From Hyaloraphidium curvatum SAG 235-1 (Eukaryota; Fungi; Monoblepharomycota): 64,000 nt of DNA. The stretch is taken from contig JAIVFI010000001.1 of NCBI GenBank assembly GCA_025558095.1, positions 124,001 to 188,000 of the forward strand, read 5' to 3'. Under the pieces are notes generated by a model. The model saw only the letters and a program-made list of their open reading frames with translations. It was not told the origin of the DNA and made no database searches. Positions within the stretch are counted from its first letter, which is position 1, and every line of letters begins with the position of its first letter. Shown piece by piece: positions 62,875-64,000 of the stretch. Position numbers and translations under genes: made by a program.

Positions 62875-64000
62875 ATGGCGAAGGGCACCGCCGCGCCGCC
62901 GAGCAAGGCGGCGCCCGGCAAGGCCAGCAAGGCCGCGACGCCGGCCAAGCCGCCCGCGGCGCCGGCCAAGTCGCCGGCAAAGGGCCGCGCGGAGCCGAAG
63001 AAGCGCGCGGCGTCGTCGTCGAGCGGCTCGAGCAGCGACGAGGACCGCGCGCCGCAGCGGCCGTCGCAGCCCGTCGAGGTCGAGGAGTCGAGCAGCAGCA
63101 GCAGCTCGGCGTCCGACATGGAGGAGGTCATCGAGCCGCAGCAGCCGCCGCCAAAGGGCAAGCAAAAGCAGCAGCCGCTCGTCGCCGACGTGCCCGTCGT
63201 CACCGTGCGCATCGACAAGGAGGTCTCGGGCGGCGACAAGAAGGGCAAGCCCGCGGACAAGGCCAAGAAGGGAGGCGTCGTCCCCGCCCCCGCCCCCGCC
63301 CCGGCCCCGGCCGCCAAGCCCGCACCCGCCTCCAAGCCCGCCAAGCCCGCCGCCCCCGCGGCCGCTGAGAAGGAAAAGGCCAAGCCGGCGGAGAAGTCCA
63401 AGCCCGCCGCCAAGGCACCCGTCAAGGCCGCCAGCGAGAGCAGCAGCAGCAGCTCCAGCAGCAGCGAGGACGAAGCCGAGCAGGAGCACGAGGCCCCGGC
63501 CGCCGAGGTCGAGGCGCCCCACGGTGCGTTCCGTCGCGCTCCGACCCCTCCTGCCGCGCTGACAGGTGCATGCGCGCCGCAGCCGCCGAAGCCGACGCCA
63601 AGAAGCGCCGCGGCCGCCCGCCCGGGCGCCGCTCCAAGCCCAAGCGCGACCCCGACGCCCCCAAGCGCCCCGGATCGGCCTACACCATCTTCGTGCAGGA
63701 GAAGCACGCCGAGGTCAAGGCCCGCCTCGAGGCCGAGCTCAGGGAGGAGGAAGCCGCCTCGGGGCAGGAGGAGGAGGGCGGCAAGAGCAAGGTGCAGAAG
63801 GCCGTCATCGGCGAGCTGGGCAAGATCTGGAAGGCCATGACCGACGAGGAGAAGGAGGTGGGCGGCGCGCGGCCGTCTCTCCCCGGCTGGCAAGCTGACC
63901 CCCGTCTTTTCCTATCCCAGCCCTACAAGGAGAAGGCCTCCGTCGAAAAAGCGCTCTACGAAGCCAAGAGCAAGGAGTACACCGACTCGGGCGCCAAGGA
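62875..64000 (+). CDS. AT-hook/HMG-box protein with Lys/Ala/Pro- and Ser-rich N-terminus (truncated by window end)
   Basis: Introns ~63524-63581 and ~63858-63920 give KKRRGRPPG...KPKRDPDAPKRPGSAYTIF...ELGKIWKAMTDEEKEPYKEKA. Paralogous to the gene at 47759. Confidence 0.9.

Overview
GC-rich, intron-dense eukaryotic genomic DNA with short (~50-60 nt) GT-AG introns. The 18S/5.8S/28S sequences are fungal-type; an early-diverging zoosporic fungus is my unverified inference. Three blocks stand out. (1) Four paralogous ~7.5-8.6 kb genes for a giant (~2,500 aa) secreted multidomain protein, arranged as two divergent tandem pairs (A and B on -, C and D on +) and mosaic relative to one another. (2) An ~11 kb block of seven single-copy genes between the pairs: DUF2855, NIPA Mg2+ transporter, LRR-kinase, CE4 deacetylase, BTB-like protein, GH5 endoglycoceramidase-like enzyme and a small hypothetical. 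(3) A dual-specificity phosphatase, an exact 542-bp tandem duplication, and one complete 18S-5.8S-28S rDNA unit (- strand) between two paralogous AT-hook/HMG-box genes. The best candidate for an undescribed system is the four-gene cluster: probably Kex2-processed, glycan-binding, membrane-active polyproteins diversified by segmental gene conversion. Most long ORFs in the supplied track are antisense or alternative-frame shadows. Domain calls come from motif recognition, not database searches.
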